A stretch of DNA of 63,391 bases, filler included, from Thraustochytrium aureum (GCA_012862495.1; 7 parts of 6 records of this genome joined end to end with filler, not necessarily neighbours in it); one strand, 5' to 3'. Shown: positions 1-13,800, numbered from the whole stretch's first letter. Notes: a model not told the origin generated them from the letters alone. A program made the numbers and translations.

Positions 1-172
1 GCCGATGGTTATGTATTGTGCCGAAATACACCCTGCAAAGGCGACGGTGGAGCGCCTGGACGAGCAGACGCGCTTCGTGAGCAAGCGCGCGGCAGCAGCG
101 AGTGCAGCGGGCTGGAGCTGGAGCTGGCGCTCGTGGCTCGCTTGGGCTTGCGCGGTCAGGCGTACGGGGAGG

Positions 173-2541
173 ATGAGCGCCGCTGGCGCCGGCGCGTTTG
201 GGACGGCGCACAACGGCGATGGGGCCAAGCACCGGCACGAGTGGTTTCCGCCCCAGGAGGCCGTGGGTGATCCGATCGGGGAGGCAAGCTGCTGATCAAC
301 AATACGCTCACCGGACGCAAGGAGGTTTTTGTGCCTATGAATGGGCGGCGCGTGCTGTTCTACTGCTGCGGACCGACCGTGTACGACAGCACCCATGTGG
401 GCCATGCCCGGACGTATCTTACCTTTGACATCATGCGCCGCGTCCTGTCGGACTACTTTATGTACGACGTGATGTACCAGATCAACATCACCGACATTGA
501 CGACAAGATCATTCTCCGCGCACGCCAGAACGAGCTCGTCCGGCGGCTGGAAGAAGACAGGAGCGTCGACTTTGAAGGCCTGCAGGATCAAGTGGATGCC
601 GCCGTCGAGCTCGCGCGCACGTCTGGCGAGCGCAAACTCGCTGACCTGCGCGCCAAGCTGGCCCAGGCGATCGAGGACAAGAACGGCCGCGCCGTGACCG
701 AGCTCGAAGACCTGCTGAAGATGCAAGAGCAGAAGCAAGACAACTTTGCCAATGAGCTGGCTGCGGTCGAGGCCGCCAAGGCCAACCCTGCCAAGGATCG
801 CGCAGAGCTCCTTGCCGCGGCGCGCTCCATGCTTGCCGGCAAGCTGGACCGCGAGCAAGGCGCTTCCGTGACCGACCACAACGTGTTTAACGCGCACGCG
901 CGCAAGTACGAGCGCGAGTACATGGAGGACATGGCGGCGCTGGGGATCCGCGAACCGGACGTGCTCACGCGCGTAACCGAATACATCCCAGAGATCATCC
1001 AGTTTATCGAAAAGATCATTTCCAACGGGCACGCCTACGCAAGCAACGGCAGCGTGTACCTCTCGCTCACCGCGTTCAAAAAGCAGCACAACTACCGCAA
1101 ACTCAAGCCTGGCGCCGAGGAGGCCTCGGAGGCGGAGCTCGAGGAGAGCGAGGGCGCCCTCGGGGACGCAAACGCCAAGGAAAAGCGCAACGGCAACGAC
1201 TTTGCGCTCTGGAAGGCCTCCAAGGCCGGCGAGCCCGCGTGGGACTCGCCGTGGGGCCAGGGCCGCCCCGGCTGGCACATCGAGTGCTCCGTTGTTGCGT
1301 CCGACATTCTCGGCGAGCGCCTCGACATCCACGCCGGAGGCGAAGACCTCAAGTTTCCCCACCACGACAACGAGCTGGCGCAGAGCGAGGCCTGCTTTGG
1401 GTCGCAACAGTGGGTCAACTACTTTATTCACACGGGTCACCTGCATATCAAGGGTCTCAAAATGAGCAAGTCTCTGAAAAACTTTGTGACGATCCGCCAG
1501 GCCCTGGAGAAGCACTCGGCGCGCCAGCTGCGCATCCTTTTCCTGCTACAGCCCTGGGACGGCCAAATGCAGTTCTCGGACCAGACTGTGGACGACGCCA
1601 AGGCGAAAGAAAAGTCTTTCCGCACCTTCTTCCAGGAAGTTGAAGCCGTGTCTCGCGCAGACTACCTGGATGATGAAGTGGGCTGGCGCATGGGGCAGCA
1701 CGACCACGACCTCGCCGAAGCGCTCCTCGCGACGCAAAGCACCGTGCACCGCTCGTTGCTCAACAACTTTGACACCGCCTCGGCCATGCTTGCCATGCTC
1801 GAGCTTGTCAGCAAGGCCAACGTGTACCTGCGCCTCCCAGACGCCAAGCCCGCGGTGCTGCTCCTTCGCCGGATCGCCACCTACCTCACCTTTGTGCTTC
1901 GAGTGTTCGGTGTAGTCCAGGGCAACGACGATTTCGGCTTTGGCTCAGCGTCCCAGGCGGCGGCCTCTGCGGAGGAAGCCACCGCCCCACTCGTCGACGC
2001 CTTCGTTCGCTTCCGCGAGCAGGTCCGGAGCGCAGCGCTTGCATCTGCGAACAAGGCGGACCCGGCAATCCAGGCCGTGCTCGAGGCTTGCGACGCCGTG
2101 CGCGACGGCGCGCTCGCGGAGTGCGGCGTGCGTCTCGAAGACCGCCCGGACGGGCCCAAGTGGAACTTTGAGGATCCCGAGCTCTTGCGCCAGGAGCGCC
2201 AAGCGAAGGCGGAGAAGGAACTCGCTGCCGCAGAGGCAAAGCGCGAGCGCGCGCATGCGGCAAAGCTAAAGGAGCTGGAGCGGGCGAAGCTCGCCGCTGT
2301 GCCTCCTGACAATTTGCATCGGACCGCAGAGTTCTCTGCCTGGGACGACGACGGCGTGCCGACAGTGCTGGCGGACGGCACTGCTCTCAGCGACGGCCAG
2401 CGCAAGAAGAAGCGCAAGGCTCTCGAAAAGCACGCGCAGAGCTATGCTGACCTACTCGCAAAGGCGGGTGGTGACATTTCTGCGTTTATTGCGAGCCTCG
2501 AAGCAGAGGTTGCCTCGCTCGCCTCGCCCTCGTCGACCTGA
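173..2541 (+). CDS. CARS1: Cytoplasmic cysteinyl-tRNA synthetase (apparent 1-nt frameshift near 275-283)
   Basis: CGPTVYD..HVGHAR (HIGH-type), DFALWK, GRPGWHIECS, DLKFPHHDNE and KMSKS motifs. The N-terminus MSAAG...EWFPPQ from ATG 173 joins LLINNTLTGRKEVFVP if one G is added to the GGGG run near 278. Confidence 0.95.
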
Positions 2542-3502
2542 TGGGTAGTCCCGCAGAGCAAGCATCGCTTCCCAACCTTGCCTTTTCCCGTGTTTTTTTT
2601 TTCGCTCAGCGAGCGCCTGCTTGTCAAACCCCGGCCAGGCCAAGACGTGGCGGAAAGTGGAAATGACCATGGGCCACGGGGAAAGACCCCGCAAAACTTC
2701 TTCCGTTCCCCTATTTTGTGGACTGCAGCGCAACGGACACTACATGGAAGTGCACCAAAAGAGCCGAGGCCGACGATCGATTTTTGGGAGCGCCGTCTCG
2801 TGCATCGATGTCAACTTTGGACAAGTTTTGATTTCGGGCCGTTCAGACGTTGCGTTGGCATGGTCGTGGTCGTCAGTCAGTCCTGAGGCGTTGATGTGGC
2901 GGCTCTGAATCCTGCACCCTTTTTGCTCCCCGATGCCTCGAAAAGTACATCCGGCTTCACGAAAGGTAGGCCTAACGAAATTGTGCTTTTGACCCCTCAC
3001 AAGGAGGAGCGAAGAGGCAGGCACCTTGCGTTGTTCCGTTTCGTCCGTTCGACAACAACATTTGTCACTTGGCGCCCTGCTCGCCCTGCTGGAGGTGGCA
3101 TAACAGGACTTTTTAAAGTTACCGCTCGGAAAGAGTGCGGTTTGGAGAGAGGTCNNNNNNNNNNNNNNNNNNNNNNNNNNNNNNNNNNNNNNNNNNNNNN
3201 NNNNNNNNNNNNNNNNNNNNNNNNNNNNNNNNNNNNNNNNNNNNNNNNNNNNNNNNNNNNNNNNNNNNNNNNNNNNNNNNNNNNNNNNNNNNNNNNNNNN
3301 NNNNNNNNNNNNNNNNNNNNNNNNNNNNNNNNNNNNNNTGGGCGTGCATGATGTGTGCATCGGTGCTAAAGACGTTCGAGAGGCGTACCAAAACAGACTC
3401 GAGTCCTGCAAACGTGAGCAGATCCCGATCAGCAGGTAGAGACAAGAGCATTGCGGATTGAGCGCAACAACCAGCGTAGCACTATCCAGGAGCAGAGGAA
3501 TC

Positions 3503-5312
3503 ATGCGCGGGTCTACCGCGGCAGTCGCTGCGGTGACGTGGTTCGCCGTCCTCGCGGATGCGAATGGAGCACTGCCATACGAGGTCAAAACGGTTGCATA
3601 CAGCCATTTCTCCGACGCGAACCCCATAACTTTCCTTTCCGTCGCGTGCAACGTGTTCTCGATGTCGACAGTCGCGAGCTGCGCTGCCATCCATAGCGAC
3701 ATTCGTGAAGATGGCCTTTGGATCTCGGCGCTCGATTTCTCGGACGGTTCTTGGGCCATACAAAGTGAGGGAAAAGATTGCAACCCAAACTGCTTCGTCC
3801 GTGCTGCACACCTGGAGTTCGAATTCACCCACTCCATCCCACGCTTATAGCGTTTACGGATCCTCGACTTTCGCCGAATACGATACTGCTCCTGGTCTCG
3901 CTTCGTTCTCAAGAGGCTTTGTGACAGAGACAAACTATTACGTTTTCTTGACAGTGAATGGCGACGATATCTACCATGGTTATGATGGCAGCAATTATCT
4001 ATTCAAGTGCGAGTTCGACAAGTGGTGCCTGTCGGAACAATATAGCTACCCTCCGCAAGACATCAAGTTTAGCCCTGATGGGTCGAAGATGTACGTCCTC
4101 TACAACACGCACTTGGAGGAGCGAGACTTCGACGGATCCAACCCTATTACTTTGGTTGGCGAGCCGGGCACAAACGCGGACCAGATTGGCGACGAATCCG
4201 TAGCGAGGCTCAACATGGCCACGAGATTCACCTTCAACATGGTAAACATGGACTTCTACATCGTGAACAATGGCAGATACATCATCAAGTACGAGCGGGG
4301 CGTCGGAACGTCACTTTTCGCAGGGCATCCAGCCGACGCTAATTTCGTTGACGGCCAGGCAACTGAGGCGCGTTTTTCAAACATAATATGCCTTCAAGCT
4401 TTGGTGGCGGCGGAACACTTTCTCATCGTGGACGAAAACGGACTGCGCTCTATCACGGTTGTGACGCCAAGCCCGACTGCAAGCCCAACGACCGCTACCC
4501 CGACTCTGAGCCCAACGACCCCTGCCCCGACTCTGAGCCCAACAACCCCTGCCCCCACTCTGAGCCCAAGCTTGCACCCAAGCTCGAGCCCGAGCTTGAG
4601 CCCGACGACTGCATTCCCGTCGAAAAGCCCGACCAGCGGACCTACACAGAGCCCAACACCAGAGAGCACAAACGCGCCCACATCGGCCCCCACATCGCTG
4701 GAGAGCGAGCAGATGTACTGCAGTGCGATTTCGAGCAAGTCCACGTGCAAGGCGGACGCAAGGTGCCTTTGGAACAGGGGCTGCAATACCATTCTCACGG
4801 CGGCTCCCACTTCTAGGCCTACAGCGAGCCCGATCAATTTCGACTATTGGGAAGACGAGGAGGCCTTTTGCAACGGATTCGTCACCACCGTCTCCTGCCG
4901 CAAGCTTGTCCCGCGCTGCCGCTGGCGCGGATCGAGCAAGTCTGGCGTGTGCCACACCCGATTCGAGCGTCCCCGACACGACGGCCCTTCAAAGGCGCCG
5001 ACCCCGTTCCCAACGCGCTCGCCGACCAACACGGCGGAGTTCTGCAACGGGTTTTCCAATAAGAACGCGTGCACGAGAAGCTCTGGTGGCAAGTGCCTGT
5101 GGGACAATGTCGAAAAGGACTGCGTCGTCCGAACAGCCGCCCCGACGCAAGCGCCGACCACAGAATGCGTCTGCAGGCCGGAGTCTGAGACCACGACGGG
5201 CAGATGGCTCGAGCAAGCCTGCGCCGACATCTCGGATGCGGCGTTCTGCAACGCCAAGACCAGCAGTCTGTGCCAGTGGGATAGCTCACGTGAGACCTGC
5301 GTGAGGGCATAG
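3503..5312 (+). CDS. Secreted protein: signal peptide, NHL/beta-propeller-like region, Pro/Thr/Ser mucin-like linker, four Cys-rich repeats (frameshift near 3772)
   Basis: Signal-like MRGSTAAVAAVTWFAVLADANG from ATG 3503. NHL-like LFAGHPADANFVDGQATEARFS. (T/S)P(T/S) repeats at 4463-4700. Four C-x-C-x-C-x-W-x-C units. An extra A in GGAAAAG reconciles the two ORFs. Confidence 0.7.
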
Positions 5313-5587
5313 CTCTTGAAAGCTCAAGCTTTAGCTTGCCTTCCCCACGGCGCGTTTGCCCGGCCGATGGCTAAAACTAATGAAAAGACAAAGAGCATTG
5401 CATTCACGTCAATTTGCGTCCGCAAGAACGAGCTCGCTGTCGCGCCGAGCGAGCCAAGGTCTGACCCACAGACCAAGGACCGAACTTGACGCGTCGTTTT
5501 GATTGCTCAGAGAGCTGCCCTGGTCAAGACTACTGCCGTTATCATCCTGGAAAGCGTACAGTTGGAACGTCCACCAAACAACAGCCA

Positions 5588-7067
5588 TCAACGAAAGCTT
5601 GGCTTGCGACCCGCGGCACTTGCCCCCGACGATGACGAGCTGGAAAGCGCCGTTCGGCCGGCCTTTGCTGCCACTGGGACTGCGCTTGGTCGGTTGGCCC
5701 TCGCGCCGCCAGAGTTTTCCTTCGCAGGCGCTGGGAGGGCAGTCGTCACAACCCGTTTCTTTTTGGCCGTGATGCTGCTCTTCCACTTGGCCTTGATTTG
5801 CTCGTTCTCCTTCTCCACGTCAGCAACGCGCGCTTTGAGCGCGTGCTCCTTGGCGCGGTACTTTTCGCGTTGCGCCATCAACTTGCCTTGGAGGAGCTCG
5901 AGCTCTGTCTGCTTCTTGCCGATCTCGCTCCAGTGCTCTTTCTCGCGCGCGTTCATCTTGGCGGCTTCGCGCTCCAGCCTGGCCTCATACTCGCGCGACG
6001 CTTGCGACCTGGCTTCCAAGACAAGCTGTGCTTCGCGCTGCTCTTTCGCTGCGAGCGCGCCTTGCGCTTTGGCGAGCTCGAAAAGGGCGTCCTTCAGGTC
6101 GGCGTGGTAGGCCTCCGCCTTGGTCGAGGAACTTTTCTCGGTCTGAACGGTCTGCCGGTGGAGCCCCTCGAGCTCGCGCACACGGAAGCGCAGCGCCTCG
6201 CAGGTCTCGGCGAGGTGCCTCTCCTGCTTTTCGGCAGCAAGGAGCAGATTGTCGCGTTCCCGCCGCATGTCCGATGCGACCTTGAGCGTGTTTTCTTCAC
6301 CCTTGGCCCTTGCCTGGACGGCAGCTCGTTTCGCTTNNNNNNNNNNNNNNNNNNNNNNNNNNNNNNNNNNNNNNNNNNNNNNNNNNNNNNNNNNNNNNNN
6401 NNNNNNNNNNNNNNNNNNNNNNNNNNNNNNNNNNNNNNNNNNNNNNNNNNNNNNNNNNNNNNNNNNNNNNNNNNNNNNNNNNNNNNNNNNNNNNNNNNNN
6501 NNNNNNNNCGTCAAGAGCGGCGCGTAGTCGAAGGAGCTCCCTGTCTCGGCTCTCCATGCCAGCTTTGGCCTGCTCCAGGTCAGAATGTGCTTGCTCGACG
6601 ACGTTTTGTAGCGTCGAAGCGCGCAGTGCTTCGCTCTTGGCCTCGCCGAGGTCTTTGACGGCAGCGTCGAGCTTGGACTGCGTTTCAGCCAGAGCGAGTT
6701 TTGTTTGGCCGGCGACTTGTAGCTGCAGTCGCAATTCGTTGCACTCGGCCGTCTTGGATCCGAGCTCCTCCTTTGCGGTGGTCAGCTCGGCGACGCTGCT
6801 CTGCAGTGCCAGGTTTGATGCTTGCAGCTTTTCGATCGCCTGCCTGCTCTTCACCAAGATCGACGTGAGCGATTTGATCTCGTCTTCCTTGTCCCGGATT
6901 GTCGCGTTTGCAATCTCGAGCTGCTCGGCAAGCTCGGCAGAGCGCTTTTGCAGCATCTCCCCGTCTAGCCCGTGCAGGTTGACTTGCATCAGTCGCTGCT
7001 CGTACTCGTGGCACCGCATCTTCATATTGAACACTTGGCTCTTCAGGTCCTCTACATTGGACCCCAT
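5588..7067 (-). CDS. Long coiled-coil protein with N-terminal centrosomin motif 1 (CM1/Cnn_1N)-like sequence; internal gap 6337-6508
   Basis: MGSNVEDLKSQVFNMKMRCHEYEQRLMQ resembles the CM1 consensus LKxENFxLKLRIxxLEERL. Heptad-rich E/K/L/A/Q sequence on both sides of the gap. Confidence 0.65.
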
Positions 7068-7494
7068 TCTGCCGACCGAGCGCAAGCAGCGTCTCGCAGC
7101 CTGCAGCTCCGCCGGCGGTTATTCCCACGTCCAGGCGAACAGCGCGTCACTCTACCAGCTGCTCGCGGCGCTTCCTGTTGCTCGATGCTCGCACTCCGTC
7201 AGCGCTTGGGCCAGCCAGCCAGCCAGCCAGCCTTCCCGCGTGCCTGCCTGCCGGCGGGCGGGCGTGGACGCGGCGGCCTCCAAACCGCCCGGTCGCTCCC
7301 TTCGTCCCTCCAGCACCGCGACCAGCAGCAACCCAAGCCAGCAGGGCCGCCACGCGACATGCACGCAAGCGCACGGCCACGCGAGCCGCCGCGGCCTTCA
7401 GATCGAGCCTGACTTACCGCCCGCCGCTGGCCTGCCGTCGGCGCCGCCTGTCCTGCTCCCTCCGTTGAGCGTCTGCCGCGAGTCCGTCGCGACG

Positions 7495-7690
7495 GTTTTT
7501 GGGCAAGTTTCTCGTTGTTTTGCGTTGGTTTCTTTTGGTTGTTTTTGGCTGTTTTGGGTTGTTTTTGGGTTGTTTTTGGGTTGTTTTTGGGTTGTTTTTG
7601 GTTGTTTTTGCTCTTTCTGTTCTGTGAGGTTGGGGTTTGGGGGTGTTTTGTTTTGGGGGTTGAGGGATTGTTTTGGAAGGGGGGTTGAAG
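7495..7690. repeat. G/T-rich low-complexity tract with about 5 copies of GTTTTTGG(G)TT
   Basis: Read directly: gtttttgggtt repeated at about 7541-7610, within G/T-skewed flanks. Confidence 0.8.
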
Positions 7691-7859
7691 TAAGGGGTGC
7701 GCGGGGACGGATTTTGTTAACATTTGTGCGGCGAGGGTGGTGTGAATTGAATGAGCGAGGTGGGACGGCGTTCGCGGGCGGCGTTCGCGGGCGGCCGGCG
7801 GAATGGATGGGCGGCTTTGGAGCGCGTGCTACTTGTGGAGAGAGAGGGGGGGAGAGAGT

Positions 7860-10800
7860 TTATTCGCTTTGTTGATGCGATTCGCTACTCGGTTCCTGCC
7901 GGGGGTTGTTGGAGGTCTGCGCGGAATGGGGCTCGGCGAGAACGGGAGCGCCAGCCGCTTTTGCCTCGGCTGGGCTTTCGGGAAAGTAAACCGGCCGTTT
8001 CAACCTTGCGCCATTCTGCGGCAGGTCGGCCAAAAATTTGCCGTCGGCGTCTGCCAGATGGTCCGCCGCAGTCTCTCGCTTGGGCTCAAGGGCAGAGATC
8101 GCTCGCAAAACGTGGCGCTCCGAACTACGAATCTCGAGGTGCATTCGCTCGTTTGAGAGCGAAACCTCGCTTCGTAGATTTTCGATTTGCGCCTCGATTG
8201 CGCGGACTCGGGATTCGATGTCACTGCGCAGCGAGCCAATCTCCGAATTGACAGTGTCTGCGCTTGCTCGAGTCTGGCGGCCAATTTCCTTTCGCAGGTT
8301 GTGAAGCATGCCTTGCCATTCAGAGTTTTCAGCGGTGGCAGCGTTAGAGTCTCCTGGCAGGAGAACGTGCATGTACGTTGGGAACAGAGCGGTGGATCGC
8401 GTCTTGCAAATGTCAATCAGCTTCTCCTTCTCGACCACGATCTTCGCCCGCAGGCGCCAAAACTCGTTCTCAGCAGAGTCGCTCACCTTCTCGTACGAGG
8501 ACGAGAGGATGGCGATGAATAGGTTGAGCAGGATGATCGGCACAAAAATCATCGACACAACAAAGATGATCCGAACCGAGTTGATGTTCTCGGTCTTCGT
8601 CGCGAGGAAGCCCTCCGGCTCGTAGGTCATGAGCATCAACAGCTGGAAAGACGTCATCAAGGCTTCCCCGACGCTAGCGTACTCGTGCGCGGCGGTGTAG
8701 AGAAGCACATACAGGGCTAGAGCCCCGGCCAGAAAAGCGAGGCTCATCACGATCCAAAAGTTGCGCGTTTCATAGAACACTGCGAGGATCATCCGCACCA
8801 AAGAGCCTGTGCCCTCGTAGGCCTGCAAGAAGTACAGTCCTCCGAAGGTCTTGAGATACAGCGAGAAGGCCAGGAAGGACCGAAACCTGTTCGAGGGCAA
8901 TGCCAGCGCGACGAGGGTGGCTATCCCACAGGCGATCGTCGCGGCTTGCAAGACATTCCAAATATCTCGCACATACTTTGACACAGTCAGCCGGCGCATC
9001 TCGGAGAACTCGCGCGCGAGAGAGTGAACGGTGAGAAGCAAGAGCCCCGTCCCAATAAGCCACAGCACTTGGTCGCTTTTCGGGTTGTTTGGGCTGATGG
9101 AGATCGTCGAGCTCGAAAACAAGCAGAATCAACAGGAGCAGCTCCATGCAATACCAGAAAAGGTCGTTACGCAGGGCATGATCCACGTACGCGCTCCACT
9201 TGAATTTGATGATGCTCCGCACGGTCTGGTTGGAGAATAGCGTGACGTCGTCAGCCTCAACAAGTCGGCTCAGCAAGCAAGTACGGTGTCGGTCGGCGTC
9301 GTTCTCGCTCGCGCGTACCAGCGACGAAGCACGCTCCCCGGAGTCGCAGGACCACACGCATCCAAGATCCGGGAACGCGTGAACGTAGTTTCGCAAGAAA
9401 AAGCGCGCCTTCGCCTTGGGCCGTCGCGAGATGATTTTCAGAATCTTGTTGCGCCGCGAAGCCCCAGTCGACACCAGATGCGCCGCGTTAATGTGGGGCC
9501 AGTCCACGCCCTCACTGGGGGAGATGTGGAACGCGGCCCGGCTCATGTCTTCGCAGTTGTGAGCGCGCACAGGCTCGTCGCCGAGCCGCGAGTCGGCCGC
9601 GACGAGCTCAAAGTCCTCGAAGAAGGCTCTGGAGCACTCGGGAAACTTGGCAACGAGCAGCCACAGCGCGCGGACAAAGCCAGCGTCAGCTTGCGCTGCT
9701 CGTGGGAATACCCATGTCAGTTCCTGCTCCCCTTCAGCATCTTCGGCCGACGATCTGGCTGCTTTGGGAGCTTGCTTCGAGGTGCCGCGCGCGGCGAGGC
9801 GACGGCTGCCCTGTTTGCAGCGTGCCTCGAGCTTGTTTCTGGCTCGGATCGACTCGGTGAGCTTTTTCAGCACGTCGTCGACTATCTGCCTCTGATTGCT
9901 GTCAATGGCAGCCTCCAAAACGCGGGAGAATGACTTGATCGGGGAAACGGGCGTGTTGAGCGCGAAAAGCGCCTTAAGGCGCTCCCCGGCATGACTACCA
10001 TGGGCAAAGTGCTCAAAAAGCAGCTCGCCCATTTGGCTCACCGAAAAGGGATCGAGCTCTTCGCCAAGGGCTCTCGCTGAGCCTTCACCCCACTCGAAGA
10101 GGAGGAGCCACTCGGCAAGCCAGGTCGGGGCGACGACCGTTCCGATCGAGATCGGACTTGGCGCAAAGCAAATTCTCTCGCTTGTGTTCCACATGACGCG
10201 GCCTTTGCTGATTCCGACTGCGACATCGCTCACGTTCCACGAGTTGGACTGCAGGGCCTTGACGCATTCTCCGGTCTTCAACGACCAAAACCTTACAGAG
10301 CCTGCCCGTCCACCGGAGATGATCACGTCGCCCTCAAGATCAACAGAGCAGATCGGATCTGTGTGGCCGCGGAGAAATCGCGAACGGCCAGCTCCCAGGT
10401 TGCTGGTCACGCCAATCATCTTGTCCGAGCTGCCCGAGACCAGAACAATGTCGTTGAGCTCGTTGAGCTCCCAAGCGAGGCACGTGACGTCGCTGCCGTG
10501 CTGAAAATCGACGTAAAAGTGGTCATCCGCGACTCCGCCGAGTTCCCAGCTCTTGACCATGGAAGAGCTGTCGCCGGTTACGAGTTTGGTCGGCCCGCAG
10601 AGCCGCATCGTCCTAATCGTGGAGGTTGAGCGTACCTGGAAAAGCTTGTCGCCGTTGCTAGACCACACAGCCACGTCGTAGCCCCCGCTGCTGGCGACGA
10701 GCTCCTGCGCGTCGGTCTCAGAATCGTCCACATACACGTCGATGCACACCACGCTCGCCGCGTGCGCGTTTCTTATGACCCTTTGGCAGGAGAGCGAGTC

Positions 10801-13800
10801 GGACTCGCCCAGTCGGCAGAGCCGCACAGAGCCGCCTTTGCACCCTATTGCGGCGAGCCCCTTCGAAAGCGCTACGCACGAAATTTGCAGCGAGGGTGCG
10901 CCTTTCTCTCCCGGCCCGGCCGCTTCCGACCCGTCAAGAAGCGGCCGTTGCGCTTCGATTTCGCTGAGTTGCAGGCATGACTTTGGCTCTGTGGTATCCC
11001 CAAACGAAACAGAATGCACGCGGACCGCTCCATCGTGAGTTGCGACCAGAAGTGTACCACAATTAAAGACCAGAAGGTTGACGATGTCGTCTGTTTGAAC
11101 CCCCGGGGCCACGTTTGGGTCCGCTTCGTCGTCGTCAAACTTAATCGTCTGAAGTCCAAGGCCCGCAGAGCAAGTCCAGACCTGGATGCAGGCTTCTGGG
11201 CTCGCGCAGACTAGCATGCCGTTCCGGAATGCAAGCGAGTTTGACTGCTCTCTTCCGTAGACCTGCAAAACGCGCAAACACAGGCGGACGTCGAGCGACC
11301 AGATTCGAATCGTGCTGTCCTCCGCCGTGCTCGCGGCGAGGTCCCCGCAGACGGCGACGGCCTGCACGCATCCTGAGTGCCCTTCCAGGATGTGGCACCG
11401 GTCGACGTCTCTGTGCCAAATGCGGAGCGTGCTGTCCATGGATCCAGAAACGAGGCAATCGCTCGTCCCGTCCAAAGTGGCGAGGCATGTCACAATGTCG
11501 CTGTGCCCGCGCAAAGCGTTTACCAGCTCAATGCTGTCGTTAAAATAAAAGACCGGAAGCGCCCGCGATCTAGTCAACCGCGCTCCGGGGATCGCTGACG
11601 AGCCAAGCGCCCTTCGCGCCCCGAGGACGAGAACGTCGCAACGCATCGTCGCATACAGGACTCCACTCCCGTCCACGGCGATACTCAAAATGGTGGCACC
11701 GGGACCAGCTCCAACAGCTGCGCCGCAGTCGAACGCTGGGAGCTCCTCCCAATCGCGGCCTGCCGGGTCCTCGAGCGTGCGCAACGGGTCGGAGAGCGCC
11801 GAGAGCAAGCCTGGCGGAGCGCGCCAGCGGTGAATCGTTGACCCTCCGACAGCAGCGACAACAGGTCCACGCACCGCTACAGTCGTGAGACAGCCCTTGA
11901 CGCTGCGACGGAAGAGTAGTTTCTTCGACGCAAGATCGTGCACGACAACTTGGCCGTTCGGGTCCCCGGTCGAACCCGACGCAACGAGAAATCCGTCCAC
12001 AGCGATGCTCGAGACGCCCCTGGAAACATGACCAACCAATGCATCGCCGGCCCAGCGCGGCCCCGGGCTCCAGCAAAGCAACGCCGGACTCTCGAGACTG
12101 GCCGAGAGCACCGTTCCGTCTTGCGCGATGGCAACCGCGTGGCCGGGCGGGAAACGCAGAAGAGGCAGCGGCGACGTCACCGGCCAACTCCCGAGTACGG
12201 GCGCAGCCTCCGCGCGCGGCGCTGCTCGGCGCTCCGCGACAGACTCGTATAGTTCACTTGTCGGTGCAATTCGCGTGCCGAGGTTTGAGTCGAGACGGAA
12301 CAACCGCTTCGCGAGCGACTCTTGCAGACGGAGAACTCTGCGGACGACGGCATTCTGCGCAATACCCCATTTCAAGCCTTTGCTGCTGATTGTTGGTCTC
12401 GGCTGCACGCCCTCAAGAGGCTGGGTTAGTAGATCCACGTGCTGCGCCGTGGCGTGCGGGGCGCTGATAATCGTCGAGTGGAAGTAGCCCATCGCCAGGG
12501 AGAGCTTGAGGCCAATGATGCTAGCGTCTACCGAGATGCTTTGGTCCTTGTGCAGAAAGGTTGGAATCTCTCCTGGAAGCACGTAGGGATGTAGTTGTAG
12601 CAAAAGCTCGTTGATCTCGCCGCCGGGCTGGATCTTGTAGGCGTCCCCGTAGTACCCGGCGCGACGCAGGCGCTTGAAGAAGTACCACAGATAGTCGTCA
12701 AGGCTGATCGCTGACGAAGGCATGAACCCGGCAAGCGCTATCGGCGCGGCCTCGGAACCTGGAGCCCACTCTAGTTTTTTCCTGAAGCCTGGCTTTTTCG
12801 CTGGATTTATCGCGCCGAACGTCATCTTGCGATTGAATCGTTCGCTCCCACTGTTTTCGACTTCTTCAAGCACGCGTGGCGTCGGCGACGCAACGGCCTC
12901 TTCGCAGCAGTGGCACTCGCAAGTCGCAAAGGCGCGGCGGGGCAGAGTGCGCCACGGCGATTCCAGCACCGTGCGCCCAGCCTGAAAAGAAGGCATCCCC
13001 TGGCGCATGACTGCCGTCGGGGTCGGGAGCAGGGATTTGGGGTTATTGCCTCCGCTTCGGCAGTGCCCACTCCCGTGCGCGCAAGAGTAGCGACAGACTA
13101 GGCAAATTCGCGAGATGCACTCGTANNNNNNNNNNNNNNNNNNNNNNNNNNNNNNNNNNNNNNNNNNNNNNNNNNNNNNNNNNNNNNNNNNNNNNNNNNN
13201 NNNNNNNNNNNNNNNNNNNNNNNNNNNNNNNNNNNNNNNNNNNNNNNNNNNNNNNNNNNNNNNNNNNNNNNNNNNNNNNNNNNNNNNNNNNNNNNNNNNN
13301 NNNNNNNNNNNNNNNNNNNNNNNNNNNNNNNNNNNNNNNNNNNNNNNNNNNNNNNNNNNNNNNNNNNNNNNNNNNNNNNNNNNNNNNNNNNNNNNNNNNN
13401 NNNNNNNNNNNNNNCTCGTCAGTCTATTGCAGGAGACCATGGCCTGCACAGCGACAACATCGCCCATGAGAATCAGCCACTGCACAAACTCTGCCAAAGC
13501 GGGAACTTCGAGCCCGTCGAGCGGAGTGCCGCCCAAGTGCACCACGAGCCGCGCGCAGTCAAATGCTCCTATCCTAATGGCAATGTCAAGCGCGGACACC
13601 TGGGCTCCTTCCAAGTGGCTTGTCAGCGGCGTATTGACGCTCAGGCGGTGGCGAAGACGCTTCTTCATCGGCAGATCGTCCGAGTCACGCACACCAACTG
13701 GGACGTTGTCGTCGTCGATCTGCAGGAACGCCGAAATCACGTCGGCATTGCAGTTCGCGACTGCGAGATGCAGAGGAGTGTATCCCGCCGCGGTTTGTTG

